DNA of 64,000 bases from Carcharhinus longimanus (GCA_030264375.1 JASCQW010000032.1:31197022-31261021); one strand, 5' to 3'; positions 40,915 to 54,672 are shown, counted from the first letter of the stretch. Notes: a model not told the origin generated them from the letters alone. Numbers and translations: made by a program.

Positions 40915-41016
40915 GGTGTGCCTGGTCCACCTGGAAGTGATGGCGTGCCTGGAATTCCTGGAGAACCTGGCCCTCCTGGTCCACCAGGACACCCCACTCA
41001 TCCTGGAATGCCTGGT
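40915..41016 (+). CDS. col5a2: Collagen exon 7 (102 nt) GVPGPPGSDGVPGIPGEPGPPGPPGHPTHPGMPG
   Basis: tgtctgtag/GGTGTG...CCTGGT/gtaagt; GHPTHPG matches COL5A2 GHPSHPG. Confidence 0.95.
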
Positions 41017-41326
41017 GTAAGTATTTCCAAAGCATAAGCTTTGTCTTTGAGGGTGCTCTGAATTCTATTAACAACTAATTTAAGGCTATTAGTTAGGCTC
41101 CTATCGTTGCTCACTTACACTTGATGGAAGCTACATATATTCGTACTCAGGGAACTGTCAGCTGTAGACATAAGAAATCTGTCATTTTTTTTGAATAAAT
41201 CCAACAATGAGAGACAGTAGAATGCTTGGTGCATTATCCATGGCAATGTCTCATCCACTCAGAGCCAACTTGCTAACCAATCAGAATGACTTTTCTCATA
41301 GTGTAAATTGTTGTTCCCTTTGAAAT

Positions 41327-42537
41327 TATTACTGTCACAAGTAGGCTTACATTAACACTGCAATGAAGTTACTGTGAAAATCCCCTAGTCGCCGCACTCC
41401 AGCAGCTGTTCGGGTACACTGAGGNNNNNNNNNNNNNNNNNNNNNNNNNNNNNNNNNNNNNNNNNNNNNNNNNNNNNNNNNNNNNNNNNNNNNNNNNNNN
41501 NNNNNNNNNNNNNNNNNNNNNNNNNNNNNNNNNNNNNNNNNNNNNNNNNNNNNNNNNNNNNNNNNNNNNNNNNNNNNNNNNNNNNNNNNNNNNNNNNNNN
41601 NNNNNNNNNNNNNNNNNNNNNNNNNNNNNNNNNNNNNNNNNNNNNNNNNNNNNNNNNNNNNNNNNNNNNNNNNNNNNNNNNNNNNNNNNNNNNNNNNNNN
41701 NNNNNNNNNNNNNNNNNNNNNNNNNNNNNNNNNNNNNNNNNNNNNNNNNNNNNNNNNNNNNNNNNNNNNNNNNNNNNNNNNNNNNNNNNNNNNNNNNNNN
41801 NNNNNNNNNNNNNNNNNNNNNNNNNNNNNNNNNNNNNNNNNNNNNNNNNNNNNNNNNNNNNNNNNNNNNNNNNNNNNNNNNNNNNNNNNNNNNNNNNNNN
41901 NNNNNNNNNNNNNNNNNNNNNNNNNNNNNNNNNNNNNNNNNNNNNNNNNNNNNNNNNNNNNNNNNNNNNNNNNNNNNNNNNNNNNNNNNNNNNNNNNNNN
42001 NNNNNNNNNNNNNNNNNNNNNNNNNNNNNNNNNNNNNNNNNNNNNNNNNNNNNNNNNNNNNNNNNNNNNNNNNNNNNNNNNNNNNNNNNNNNNNNNNNNN
42101 NNNNNNNNNNNNNNNNNNNNNNNNNNNNNNNNNNNNNNNNNNNNNNNNNNNNNNNNNNNNNNNNNNNNNNNNNNNNNNNNNNNNNNNNNNNNNNNNNNNN
42201 NNNNNNNNNNNNNNNNNNNNNNNNNNNNNNNNNNNNNNNNNNNNNNNNNNNNNATTACTGTCACAAGTAGGCTTACATTAACACTGCAATGAAGTTACTG
42301 TGAAAATCCCCTAGTCGCCGCACTCCAGCGGCTGTTCGGGTACACTGAGGGAGAATTTCGCATGCCCAATCCATCTAACCGGCACATCTTTTGGACTGTG
42401 GGAGGAAACCGGAGAGCCTGGAGAAAACCTACTCAGACATGGGGAGAATGTGCAGTCTCTGCACTGACAGCGACTCAAGCTGGGAATTGAACTCAGGTCC
42501 CTGGCTCTGTGAGGCAGCAGTGCTAACCACTGTGCCT
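41327..42537 (-). mobile_element. V-SINE variant split by an assembly gap
   Basis: Tail appears on both sides of the N run; head ggcacagtggttagcactgctgcctcacagagccagggacc on the minus strand. Confidence 0.8.
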
Positions 42538-43921
42538 CTGTGTCTGTCATTTAAAGGTGAGGTCCTGTAAATAATGGCCTATTCTTTCCTTCCAGTCAAG
42601 TCATCTCTCTTATTTTGTGACCTAAACACCCAAGATTCTTATTCCTAAAGCACTTTAAGAGTCTGTATTAATAATCAAGTGTTAGCAATATGTCCGTAAT
42701 TATAACAGTTACAAACTTTTGTGTTCCAGATCACATTTCCAACATTCTGAACATATCTATTAACAAATTAATTATTCTTTAATTGTCTCACAATTAAGGC
42801 TTTTCTACTTAACTAACCTAGCTGATGTCCAATAATGCGGGTTTAGTTTTTCTTTCAAAATGGCTTCCATCAATTTTTAGTCGAAAATGCTCAAGGACAT
42901 ATTAATTCAAATGACAAAATAGTAGTCATACTAAAACTAGTGATTTTGAAACTACCAACAGTGTACTTAACTGTCAAACCAGTTGGGTTTCTAGTTTCTA
43001 TAAATTGCTATTCATGGATTGTGTATCAGTTGTTTTTTTTTACTTGTTCTATGCAGCCAACGTTCACTACATTGCATTCACTTCAAACAATGCTATTACA
43101 TGTTGCTGCATTTTTCACACCAAACCACCTGATTGTCACAGAAACTTTCCACATTGGCATTTTTTTCATCAGATTGTACTAGTTTCTAGTTATGGAGGAT
43201 GGCATTTTTTGTTGAATGGAGTTAGAGCCCGATTGTGTAAAAGTCGATCTCATGTAAAAGTCATATGAGTTTTAGGCTGAAACACACATTGTTTTTCATG
43301 TACCTCATGTGTGATGAAAGAATAATCTCTATAATTGCATCTAAAAGCTCAATTCATCACTTGTTAGAGCAATTACACATCCCATAATTCCTCCAGCTTG
43401 TACTTGTCAATGAAGGCGAGAAGAATATATGGAACTGGTTTTGACTTTTTGGGGGAGAAGCCATAAAAATTGGAAGACAATGATGAACAGTGCACTTGGG
43501 ACTAGCTTAGGGGTTTAAAAAAAAGGGGTGGTATGGACAAGTTGGGCCGAAGGGCTTGTTTCCATGCTGTAAATTTCTATGACTCTATGACTTAGAAACA
43601 GGATATGGTGACCAGCTTCCAGAAAAAGCTTTATGTAAATAAATCCCCAGTCTTGAATCCTCCTCAATCATCATCCTTGGCCTTTCCGCACAGCGAGAGG
43701 AAGACTCAAGCCTTGCCAATTGTCCCCTTCAGAATGCTGAGTCAATGCAAGCCCTCTGCATTGAGGTTTAGGTCAAGGGCTGGCAGCCGTCAGAATGACA
43801 TTTTTAAACAGCCCTTCCCTTCCCTTGGCTCCGAACAGTATTTAAACCGCAGATCCAGCTGATAGTGCTGCTTTCTTTCCCAGGGTGTGGGAGTTGGCGG
43901 ATGTTCCTTAGTAAAAACACG

Positions 43922-44257
43922 CAGAATCCCGTCAGTGCCAAGAGAGGCCATCTGGCCCATTGAGTCTGCACCAACTCTCTGACAGAGTATCTCACCCAGT
44001 CCCATTCCCCGTAACCCTACATATTTACCATGGCTAATCCACCTACTTGTCTTGGGACACTAAGGGACAATTTAGCATGGCCAATCCACCTAACCTGCAC
44101 ATCTTTGGAGTGTGGGAGGAAACCAAAGCACCCAAGCAGTGGAAACCCATACAGACAAGTGGAAAACGCGCAAACTCTGCACAGACATTCACGCAAACCG
44201 GAATTAAACCTGGGTCCCGGGCGCTGTGAGGCAGCAGTGCTAACCACTGTGCCACCG
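43922..44257 (-). mobile_element. HE1-like V-SINE, full length
   Basis: Complete head, V-domain and tail on the minus strand. Confidence 0.9.
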
Positions 44258-44946
44258 TACCACTTCCCGGTTTTATGCACTCCCTTGCTGCTGGGAAATG
44301 TGCAGCAATGGTTTGCTGTCGGTGAGGCTACAAGATCCTGCCGTCAGGAACAGCTTGAAAGTTCCGGGGATGTATGTATTTGTAGCATAATGCAAGGAGC
44401 GGTCGTCTTACAAAATGCTCCTGGAGATCCATCTTAATTCTCAGGAGGTCCAACTTCTTGCTTCTTGGGTCAGTGATATTGGGCCCCTTTTCAATATGGC
44501 GGCTGGATATGATGTCACCAGACCACCCTCCCCCCCCAAACCCCCCCACCCGCACGGCGTGCTTTGCAGTGGCATAGGTGGCCCGCCATTGATTGGCGAC
44601 GGAAGCTTTTAATCCCACCACCGTCAACCGGTTTTTCCCTTTGTTGGCACCCTCCACTGCCAGGTAACCTGTAATGGAACGGGGGGGAGGAGGGGTGGGT
44701 GGGGGGAGGGTGTCCTTGGCAGGTTCGGAAAATCCCGCTGGCAGGGACAGCTGGAAAATTTTGGCCAAGAGAACAATGGCATGCACTGTTTATCTCACGT
44801 CGGATACTCATAACATACACATAACAGTCATTTTAACTTATTAAGCCTTCTTACTCAGTGTATTTGACTATCGTTTTATCATTCGGCTGTCATCCCTGTT
44901 CACTGTAATATGCAGCAGATTTTAACTCCTGCTTGCCCTCTTACAG

Positions 44947-45024
44947 CAACTTATGTCTCAGATAGCTGGCGGTGATGAGAAATCTGGTTTGCGTGGCCAT
45001 TTAGGAATGGTGCCTGGATCTATG
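44947..45024 (+). CDS. col5a2: Collagen exon 8 (78 nt), N-telopeptide: QLMSQIAGGDEKSGLRGHLGMVPGSM
   Basis: ccctcttacag/CAACTT...TCTATG/gtaaga; DEKSG telopeptide lysine; cf. COL5A2 [25 protein letters not shown]. Confidence 0.93.
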
Positions 45025-46542
45025 GTAAGACAGCTTTTAAAAGTATTTTGTTGCGTGTTCAGTACATGATAGGACTGCTTAAATTATGGCACAGAATGCA
45101 ACACACTGTCTGTTCTGTGAAAATAAATACAACTCACTATATCAAAAATATATATTAGTTAGCTCGGAAATTGGAAACAGCACTTGAATATCTTACATTT
45201 TGGGCAGAGTGTTACGTCCAGCAAAAAAAAAAAACAGCGTGTTCCCCTCTGGAGAAACATGTCAGTTTATCTCCCCAGATCTTACAACACTAAAAATATC
45301 AAGGAGGCATGTTTCATGCCATCATGTAAAGGAGCGGGGCCAGCAAATCCCAGCTGCACTGAAATCAGGCACTGTGTTTAAAGGACACCCTGATCAGAAT
45401 AACAATAAACTTCTCTCTAGCCCACCACAGAGATCTCAGGGGCAAACACTCCCCCACCCCCCGCAGCCCCCCGAGATGAATAAAGCTGACTTTNNNNNNN
45501 NNNNNNNNNNNNNNNNNNNNNNNNNNNNNNNNNNNNNNNNNNNNNNNNNNNNNNNNNNNNNNNNNNNNNNNNNNNNNNNNCCTTTTCCCCACCCCCCCCC
45601 CCCCCCCCCACCACCGAATGCAGGACCTGTCCCCCTCCCACTGATCATTGGTCCCCTTCACCCTAGCCTGCGCCCACCTCCCCCCTTGCCACTCCAAATA
45701 GCCAGGGCCAGCATCTCCCGCTCCCCCATCCGCTCCTGCCCATCACCATGGACAAATGAATTCCACTCCACACCCCTCACCCCACATGAGGCTCCCACTG
45801 GGCCTGACCCTTGGCAAAGGTTGGCACTGTCAGGGTGTGGTGCCAATGAGGAGTTCAATAAATTTTGAAAAAATAGTCTGTAGCATTAGTTTTCCAAGTA
45901 AATATTCAAGAATCACAATGAGCAGAATAAAACAATTTAAAAGTTAATATATTTTCTATCGTGTTCAGTCACGTCCAGTTCTTGAGTACTATGTAGCCTG
46001 CTAATACTCAGAAATGTTACCTGAGATTCACATACACGCTCGTATTAGAAAATGTGCTGGACACAACCTTGCCAAAGGAGTTTGGGTGTGTGCCTAATGA
46101 CTGCCAGCAGCATGCAAAGCAGATTATGAAGGCAGTTAATGTGCACTGATGATTTGATACCATTGTTGCCGGTTTTGAATGCCTCACTCCACCTATACTC
46201 TTTCCTAATCTTGCTTAACTTAACATGATATTAAAAAACATAAAGGATCCACACCTCCATTTCCTGGTGAACAAGCCCATATAAATGAAATGAAAATACA
46301 AGACATATACCCTTCACTATATTTTTGTGGTTTGCTCCCATTCAACACTGGTGGTTTCAGCAGTCTAGCATGGATGTTTAGCATTGTCAGTCAGTGGTGC
46401 TTGTACTGTCAGTGCAGCAGGAATAATTTTTTACAACATTATTTTGAAGGAAATTTTATGACTGTTTTTGTTTAATACGGGGCCTATAGACGTCCCAAAG
46501 AGGAGATCGTGAGACTTGTATGATTAACTGTTTATTTTTGTT

Positions 46543-46752
46543 AGAAAATGCTGGAAATTCTCAGCCCGGCTGACAGTATTTGTGAAGACAAAACAGAGCC
46601 AATGTTTCAAGTCTGGATGACTCTTCATCAGAGCTCTGTCATCCAGACTTGAAATGTTGGCTCTCTTCTCTCTCCACAGATCTGCTGAGATTTTCCAGCA
46701 TTTTCCATTTTTCTTTTAGATTCCAGCATCTGCAGTAACTTGCTTTTATCTC
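46543..46752. mobile_element. Quasi-palindromic ~210-bp element with a 16-bp target-site duplication
   Basis: Flanked by actgtttatttttgtt at 46527-46542 and 46753-46768; internal inverted arms. Confidence 0.8.
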
Positions 46753-47254
46753 ACTGTTTATTTTTGTTTGTCTATTAATTTGTTAGTTGGTCTAGCTATT
46801 TACAGATCTCAAGTTACTGTCTTGCACAGTGCTGCTACCATGTAGACTGATTGCTTACACTGTGTTCTCTCTGAGTTGTTCTCTCAGAGTCTATTACGTT
46901 GTAACTCTATACATCATACTGTGGGTGCTGTTATTCTTCAGTCCCATGCTAACCCTTGCTCTACCAAGCACCTTTATGTTACAATGGCATGAAGGCACTC
47001 TCAGTTGGAAAATTCAAGCTGCAGTGTCCCAAATCTCCAAGGTTGGTTAGAATATTCACATAGTACACTGAAATCGAAATGGATTTGGAATCACAGGATT
47101 TGGAGACCAATTAATTACATTTGAATTACAATAAAAACTGAGGCAAGCCGAACTCCTACATTTGGCCCCTGCCACAGGATGGAAATGACTCTTATCAAAG
47201 TCAGAAATGACATTTTATGTGACTATGATAAAGGTAAACTTTCCCTCCTCAATC

Positions 47255-47590
47255 CCTTACCTTAATCCCATCTCAGCCATCTCAAGATGAAACCCCCATC
47301 TGTGCCTTTGTTACTTCTCCACTCAGCTGTTCCAGCGCATTCCTGGCTACTCTCCCACATTCGACCCTCCATATACTTGAGGTCATCCAAAACCCTGCTG
47401 TCCATGTCTTAACTCGCAGCTGTTTCCGATCACCCCAGCGCTGGCTGGTTTTAAGATTCACATTCTTGGTTTCAATTTCCTCCAGAAGGGATTCATGGTT
47501 CATGGCCCTTGCTATCCCTATAAATTTCTCCAACCCCAAAGCCCTCTGAGTTACCTGTGCTTCCCTCTTTCTGGCCTCCTGTACATTCCC
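47255..47590 (+). mobile_element. L2-like LINE fragment
   Basis: Decayed reading ICAFVTSPLSCSSAFLATLPHSTLHILEVIQNPAVHVLTR matches the L2 motif HAFVTSRLDYSNALLAGLP...QNSAARVLTR. Confidence 0.7.
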
Positions 47591-48900
47591 AATTNNNNNN
47601 NNNNNNNNNNNNNNNNNNNNNNNNNNNNNNNNNNNNNNNNNNNNNNNNNNNNNNNNNNNNNNNNNNNNNNNNNNNNNNNNNNNNNNNNNNNNNNNNNNNN
47701 NNNNNNNNNNNNNNNNNNNNNNNNNNNNNNNNNNNNNNNNNNNNNNNNNNNNNNNNNNNNNNNNNNNNNNNNNNNNNNNNNNNNNNNNNNNNNNNNNNNN
47801 NNNNNNNNNNNNNNNNNNNNNNNNNNNNNNNNNNNNNNNNNNNNNNNNNNNNNNNNNNNNNNNNNNNNNNNNNNNNNNNNNNNNNNNNNNNNNNNNNNNN
47901 NNNNNNNNNNNNNNNNNNNNNNNNNNNNNNNNNNNNNNNNNNNNNNNNNNNNNNNNNNNNNNNNNNNNNNNNNNNNNNNNNNNNNNNNNNNNNNNNNNNN
48001 NNNNNNNNNNNNNNNNNNNNNNNNNNNNNNNNNNNNNNNNNNNNNNNNNNNNNNNNNNNNNNNNNNNNNNNNNNNCTTATTGAATGGCGGGGCAGGCTCG
48101 AAGGGCCAGATGGCCTACTCCTGCTCCTATTTCTTATGTTCTTATGTTTTCAGGACAAATGAAGCCATAAAGTCCTGTCCAATACTCTTTAATCTGCCCT
48201 AAATAAACACACCTCCTGAGTTTGTCCTGGAAATGGTCGTTATGGTGTAAAGCTAGTGGATTTCCCTGAAAATTGGATTGATTGGATGAATCCATTATCG
48301 AGCAGGTGGTTCGCCCAGGCTAGGGTAGGGCCAATGATCAGGGTAGCCAATAATGCTCAACTGAGGCAATTTTTCAAAGCCATCTTGGCTTTTGGGCTCA
48401 GATCAAGTGTCAGATCAAGCCCAGGATCGGGTGCAATGCCTCATCTTGTCAGCTTAGATCAAGTTTGTTCCTCTCTCATGGGAACAAGCAACTGGATTCA
48501 ATTTGTTTTTCTTGGATGGAATAACAATTTACAAACAAAAGAATCCATTATCGTCATAAGACAGACTAATATAAACCTCCTGCATTAACATCTTATCTGT
48601 TCATTTTGATGTACCAACTAATTTAGTGTCTTGCGATCAAAATTATATCAGTGCAGCCCAGAATGGAAGAGGCTGACTGAAACGGCTTATCCTCTGAAGG
48701 AGCCATTATCATTTATCTCCTGCAGTCCTGTTAAATTCCTACTGGTAGCAGAGTCCATTGCTCTCTTAGAAGACTGACAGAGAAATAACCCAAATGAAAA
48801 ATTCTGCAAAAACACTACCTTGTGTGATAAACCTCCACACAGAATCAATACTCATTTCATTTGTTTCATCACTATTTGTGACTTTTGCTTTCTTTTCTAG

Positions 48901-48945
48901 GGTGAAGTAGGCTCAAGAGGAGCTCCAGGATCCCCGGGACCAGCA
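48901..48945 (+). CDS. col5a2: Collagen exon 9 (45 nt) GEVGSRGAPGSPGPA
   Basis: tcttttctag/GGTGAA...CCAGCA/gtaagc. Confidence 0.95.
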
Positions 48946-50589
48946 GTAAGCATTTTTTTTATTAATCATTTCAGTGTATTCCAATCAGGGATTGGATGGG
49001 GCAGCAATTTATGCTTGAACTGTCATGGATTCACTAATGTGAACTAAAGTTGAATGAGATTTGTTTGAAGTTCTTGGGTCAGATTTTCCAGCACCGCCGG
49101 CCCCCCCCCCCCCCCCCCCCCACCCCACCTCCTCCCCACCCCCCGCACGGTGTGTTTTCCGGTGGCGAAGATGGCTCACTACTAATCGCCAGCAGAGCTT
49201 CTGGTTCAATTGTGATTGGAGAATGAGGGTAAGGGTTTGGAGTGTTTGGGTTGTTAAGTGTGTAGGTGGAGGTGTGGGTAGAGTGGGGAGGGTGTGTTTG
49301 CGGCAGCAATGTGAGGAATGTGCTGCTGCTAGACATGATCCCGGGAAAAAGGGATAACAAGGGGCAGAATTTTCCAGCCCCTTCTCACTGGAAGGACCTT
49401 CTGGTCCCACAGATGTTGACCTGCAACCCTCCTATGTGGGCTTCCTAGAGATCGGCGCACAATGCAAAATGCCATTGACGTTGGCGGGACTGGAAGATCA
49501 TGCCACCAGCCAATGTCGAGCTGACTTCACTTCCGGAAAACACGCTGCGGGTTTTGGGGGGAGGGGTGAAAAACCCTACCTGGGGCATCAAGGCCAAGAA
49601 ATTTCTGGAACTACTACTTCTCTGGTGTGAGGCCACCAGCAAAAACCAGATTTACATACACAGCGAAGTAATGGCAGCAGAAATGGAAGCAGCTCTGAGG
49701 AAGCTCTTAGTCAAAATGATATTATCTTCCTGTGGGTTAAATGGACCAATACAATATGAGATCTCTTTTGTGACTGCTCTTCACAATATTTCACTGAATT
49801 ATTGTTAAGTTAATTGCTTTATTGTTTAATTGTCTCGAACTTGTAACTGTAGACATTTGGGTCTCAATTTCACTCTATCATGTTGTCCTGATATGAGGAA
49901 ACCTTTTGCAAATGGTGGACTTGACCCTCAGTTATTTTAAACGTGTGGCTAAGTGCTGGGCAGCAAGACCACTGGGGAATCGATCCTCGCTCCAAAACAG
50001 GAAAAGTGCCTTCAGCAGCTTACATGCCTGGTAAATTTTGCTGTCAGATAAAGCAGCCAATTGGCCTCCACTCCCGCAATCACCCATGCTGGGAAATTCA
50101 ATTTAAAACACATTTGCAAGTTGCTGGCCAACACTTCACAGCTCCTCCAACCTGAAGGAGCAGCCCCACAGTCTGCTCGGGAAATACATTCAATATAACC
50201 ATGCAAAAGAATGTCACAAACTGATTTTAACAGGCCCAGTATTTACCCGTTTCCATGTAAGAATTTGATTCACCTTAATACTTCAGTCTAAAAATAGCTG
50301 CAAGTATTGAAAATTTTTCTTAAAATAAAACAGGAAGCATCAGGAATTACATAAACATTGAAACACCAAATCTATGCTGTTTCCCTGAGGACTCAGGTGA
50401 CCTGCTGCCAGTTATGTTGGGAACTAAGGATAGACAATGTTAAGGAAAGACATAATAAAGATGTTCAGAGCAATATACAGTTTTGACATGATAATAATTG
50501 GCCTATTAAGGGTCTCAATTGGCCTAAAGGAGGGTGGGTCACCCGCCACCTATCCAGTGGGGACAGAAGGATAATGGACACATCACCTT

Positions 50590-50900
50590 ATAGAATCCCT
50601 ACAGTTCAGAAGGGATCTTCTGGCCATCGACTGTGCACCAACTCTCCAACACAGCATCCCATCCAGGTTCTATCCCCATAACGCCATGTATTTCCCATAA
50701 CCTACACATCTTAGGACACTAAGGGACAGTTTAGCATGACCAATCCACCTAACCTGCACATCTTTGAACTGTGGGGAGGAATCAGAACGTTTGGAGAAAA
50801 CCCATGCAGACAAATGTGTAAATTCCACACGCTCATCCCAAGACCTGAATTGAACCTGGATCCTTGGTGCTGTGAGGCAGCAGTGCTAACCACTGTGCCC
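50590..50900 (-). mobile_element. HE1-like V-SINE
   Basis: Head, V-domain and tail on the minus strand. Confidence 0.85.
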
Positions 50901-51269
50901 CACTCTGCTGCCCTAGCATCCTACCCAATTTTACATTTCCCCGATACCCCAGTCTGCGCCTGGGATGGGCGTAAAGCTGGCCTGCGACACATTTAGTTGG
51001 AACCAGAAAAATATTTGAAAAGAAAGAAGGATGCAGCAAAAGAAGATTTGAGTCAAAGATCGGAATTTTCTCATCCCCCATGCCACAGGAATTGTAACGG
51101 GTAGGACACGGACTATGCAAAGGTCTGTTGACCTTGGGCAGGATCATCAGGTCTTGGGGCAAAAGTGGCCAGAAAATGCCAGTCAAAAGCTTCAGCTGAA
51201 GGACTATTACTGACATGGACACAAAAGCCACCTTCTGTGTGGCAAATTCCATATGATATCTGTTGACTA

Positions 51270-51590
51270 TAGAATCATAGAGTCCCTACAGTGCAGAAGG
51301 AGCCAAATGGCCCATCGAGCCTGCACTGACAGCAATCCCACCCAGGCCTACCCTTGTAATCGCACATATTTACCTGCTAATCTCTCTAACCTACACATCC
51401 CTGGACACTAAGGGGCAATTTAATATAACCAATGCACCTAACCCGCACGTCTTTGGACTGTGGGAGGAAACCGGACCATCCAGTGGAAACCCACGCAGAG
51501 ACGGGGAGAATGTGCAAGCTCCACACAGATAGTCATCCAAGGCTGGAATTGAACCCAGGTTCCTGGAGCCGTGAGGCAGCAGTGCCACCA
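51270..51590 (-). mobile_element. HE1-like V-SINE
   Basis: tagaatcatagagtccctacagtgcagaagg tail; V-domain; partial head. Confidence 0.88.
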
Positions 51591-51699
51591 TATTGAATCT
51601 TTTCCCTTATCTTACGCTGAATGTAACCGCGTGCGGTATTTTGTAAATATACATTAGCCTTGTCTTTAAACATGCTTTCGTTTTGCTCCTTTCCAATAG

Positions 51700-51753
51700 G
51701 GCCCTAAAGGCTTGCCTGGCCCACCTGGGGAACCTGGTGACTTGGGAGCAATG
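51700..51753 (+). CDS. col5a2: Collagen exon 10 (54 nt) GPKGLPGPPGEPGDLGAM
   Basis: ttccaatag/GGCCCT...GCAATG/gtaagc. Confidence 0.95.
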
Positions 51754-51929
51754 GTAAGCCTTCAAACATTGTCATTAAAATGTGTACCATGCAGTGAGAG
51801 AACTTTGAAACCACTAACATGACACGTAACCAACATTGTAGCATTATGAGTACTTCAGATGCTTCTGTAAGTGAACGCAGCTGTCTTCCAGCACTGTGGG
51901 TAATACTTTTCTTTTCTGTTAAATGGCAG

Positions 51930-51983
51930 GGTGCAATTGGTAACCGTGGTCCTGAGGGACCAATTGGAAAACCTGGTGAAGAC
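51930..51983 (+). CDS. col5a2: Collagen exon 11 (54 nt) GAIGNRGPEGPIGKPGED
   Basis: aaatggcag/GGTGCA...GAAGAC/gtgagt; cf. COL5A2 GPIGSRGPEGPPGKPGED. Confidence 0.95.
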
Positions 51984-53595
51984 GTGAGTAGATTTAAAAA
52001 AAATACATTTATTCAATGCCTTACTGGTTTGCTCTCAAAGAAGAAATAAATTCCACAATGTGCCAGTATCATTATTCCAGCTGGTGCACCATTTCCCAGA
52101 CGCAGTAAATAATTTGTGCCATCTCATGCTTAATGGTTGATGTTGTGAACAAAGCTTCACAAGCTAGGGTAAACTGAACTATATGGAAAAGAAAAAATAA
52201 ACACCAAAGAAGCTTTGAAAAAAGCACATTTGGTGCTGCTAAACAAGTCCAGGTTTGTGGTGCTCTAAGTCACACTCCTGAATGGATATGTGATACATAC
52301 CGAGCTATGTTTTATTTTTGAATCAGCTAGGATGGAGTCAATGGCCGGAATTTTACCACCTCGCCCGGCCCAGAATCGGGGAGCTTGCAGAACACATTCT
52401 CTGTTGGCCTCGGATGGCATCTTATGAGCCTCAGGTGGAGCAGTAGTAAGATTCCGGTGAACTTGTTTTCAGACTTACAGAACTGAAAACACAATGGTGT
52501 GAATTTCCTCAGAGATTGTCCACAAAAATTGTTGGAAGATCCACAGAAACCTAAAAAAATGGGATAAATACAGCCCAGAGTTGGAATTTTGCATTCCCAT
52601 TTGCCTTGGGTATATTTGGTGACAGGAGCATAAAATCTCACAAGAGGCCCAAAACAGTTACCCATTTAGCGGGAAATCTCGTCATGATCCCCCTACCAGT
52701 GACATAACAGAATTCCAGACATTCAGCACTAGGAACCAGATTAGAATAAATTTAGATCTAATTATCAGACCTCTATCCTGATAAATACTCTCTTCCCCCC
52801 CCATTACATTATCTGTTCACGCTGGCAAGAGGGCACGATGTGAATTATGACTGCTCACCCACAGTGTGCACCTATTGGGCAGAACCCACCAGAGGGCTCA
52901 GCGGGTGAGTGCATCACTCAGGAGTGAGAAGATCACGCCTCGGAAGTACCTGGGCACTGCCCCTGACGTTGCCTCTGATGCTACTGGGGGGTGCATTGAG
53001 GATGTGTGTTGGGTACTGGCCCAGAGGGGGGAAGGTGTGTGGGTGCAGTGTGCATGGGGGAATGGAGGGGTGGTGAATGGGGAGGAGGGTATTCTGCTTT
53101 AAATTTTTTGTATCAAGCCGGCTTTTGAAAAGGGTTTCTGATCTTTAAGTTGCAGGCGGGGTGCATTTAATCAGAGCCTGCGGGTGGGTCCCACAACATC
53201 AGGGTCCCAGCATGATGTTGTGGGACCCACCCTTGGATTTTGTTTTATTTTAGATTTCCTCATGATATGGCGGACAAAGTTGCCATTGTGGCCGATGGTT
53301 GCAATACTGCAATAAAAACAGAAAATTCTGCCCCAAATCTCTGTTATTTTTCCAGGTTTCTTGGTCTCTTCCACTCAATTGCCAATGGATGATTGTGAGG
53401 TTCCCTCCTGCATGAAAATTCACCTTCAATACATACTTGAAGAGTCCAGAGAATATTAGAGTGGGCTGGTGGATAGCTTTGAAGGAATGTTTTAATTATA
53501 AAGCAAATATAATGAGTGAAGCTATCCACTCTCATTAAATACCGTGAAGTGACGATTATATTAATCTACGGACTAAATTTCTTTTATTTCCAAAG

Positions 53596-53649
53596 GGTGA
53601 TTCTGGAAAGCCAGGGCGTGCTGGTGAGCAGGGATTCCTTGGACAGCAG
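53596..53649 (+). CDS. col5a2: Collagen exon 12 (54 nt) GDSGKPGRAGEQGFLGQQ
   Basis: tttatttccaaag/GGTGAT...CAGCAG/gtaaag (AAG acceptor). Confidence 0.93.
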
Positions 53650-54672
53650 GTAAAGGAGCCTGTCGATTTTAAAAAGTGGCATTGATCACTGGAGCCTGAT
53701 AACCACAAAATCATTGAAATCAAGCAGCTGGGGCCACATGCAGAAATAGGGCCAAGTGGAGGAGGGATGGCAAAAAAAATGGCCGCCGAACAGCAACGGT
53801 GCAAGTCACGTCTTTGTTTCCACCGCCTACCATTCGTGTAAAGTGTGGGAAAGGGTGTGAGGGAGGAAGCCCCCACCACCCGACCTCACCTAATGGGTCA
53901 CCTTGCAGGATTTTCACTGGGGCTGGTAGGTGGCTCCTGCAGGCAAGAAGAGGTGGGAACCAATACAAATGTGGGGCACAAGGACAAGATTCTTCTTGAA
54001 AAGTATGTTAGTGGATTTAAGAATGGCATTGAAGGCATGTTCACGTTGAGGGAGGTCATTAGCTTTGGAGTGTGTGATAGAGCCAGAACAACAGATCCAT
54101 ATAAGAGGCATGTTTTGGGTAGTCATTGATTTTGATTGATTCTCGGTTGGGGAGCTCATCTCTGCATTTTTAAGTGCCAGCAACTAAGGTTCAGACTTGT
54201 TGTTGCTAAGGAACTCTTGAAAAGAGGTAGACGAGATGGACCCTTCAGCAGGCCTGCTCCGAGTCTGTACCCATCTTGGGATTTCTGATTGAAATGGCAA
54301 GTCCAACTCCAGCCCAAAATGGGGCCTTCCACCGGGAAATTCCCAGTGACAGATGTAGGTTTGTGGTGCGGAGCCATTCCAGCCTCCCAATTTCCATCTC
54401 TGATGCCAAAAACCGATCCCTTGATATTAGATTTAACTGCAAAGAAATGTTTCATGACTTTCAATTTAATAGATCTTGATCTCCATTCTTTATAAAAAAT
54501 AAAAACCCCTGCATTGGAGAAACAACTAAAAGATAGGTGAGCTAAATAAGGAATTAGTTCTAATGAAGCAATACATTAGATTGGTGGCAAGAGTCGATAT
54601 TTCCATTTTTAAAATGTTGATATCAATAATACCCATAATCTTCACAATCTATTTCATGAGGTTACAAGGAAA

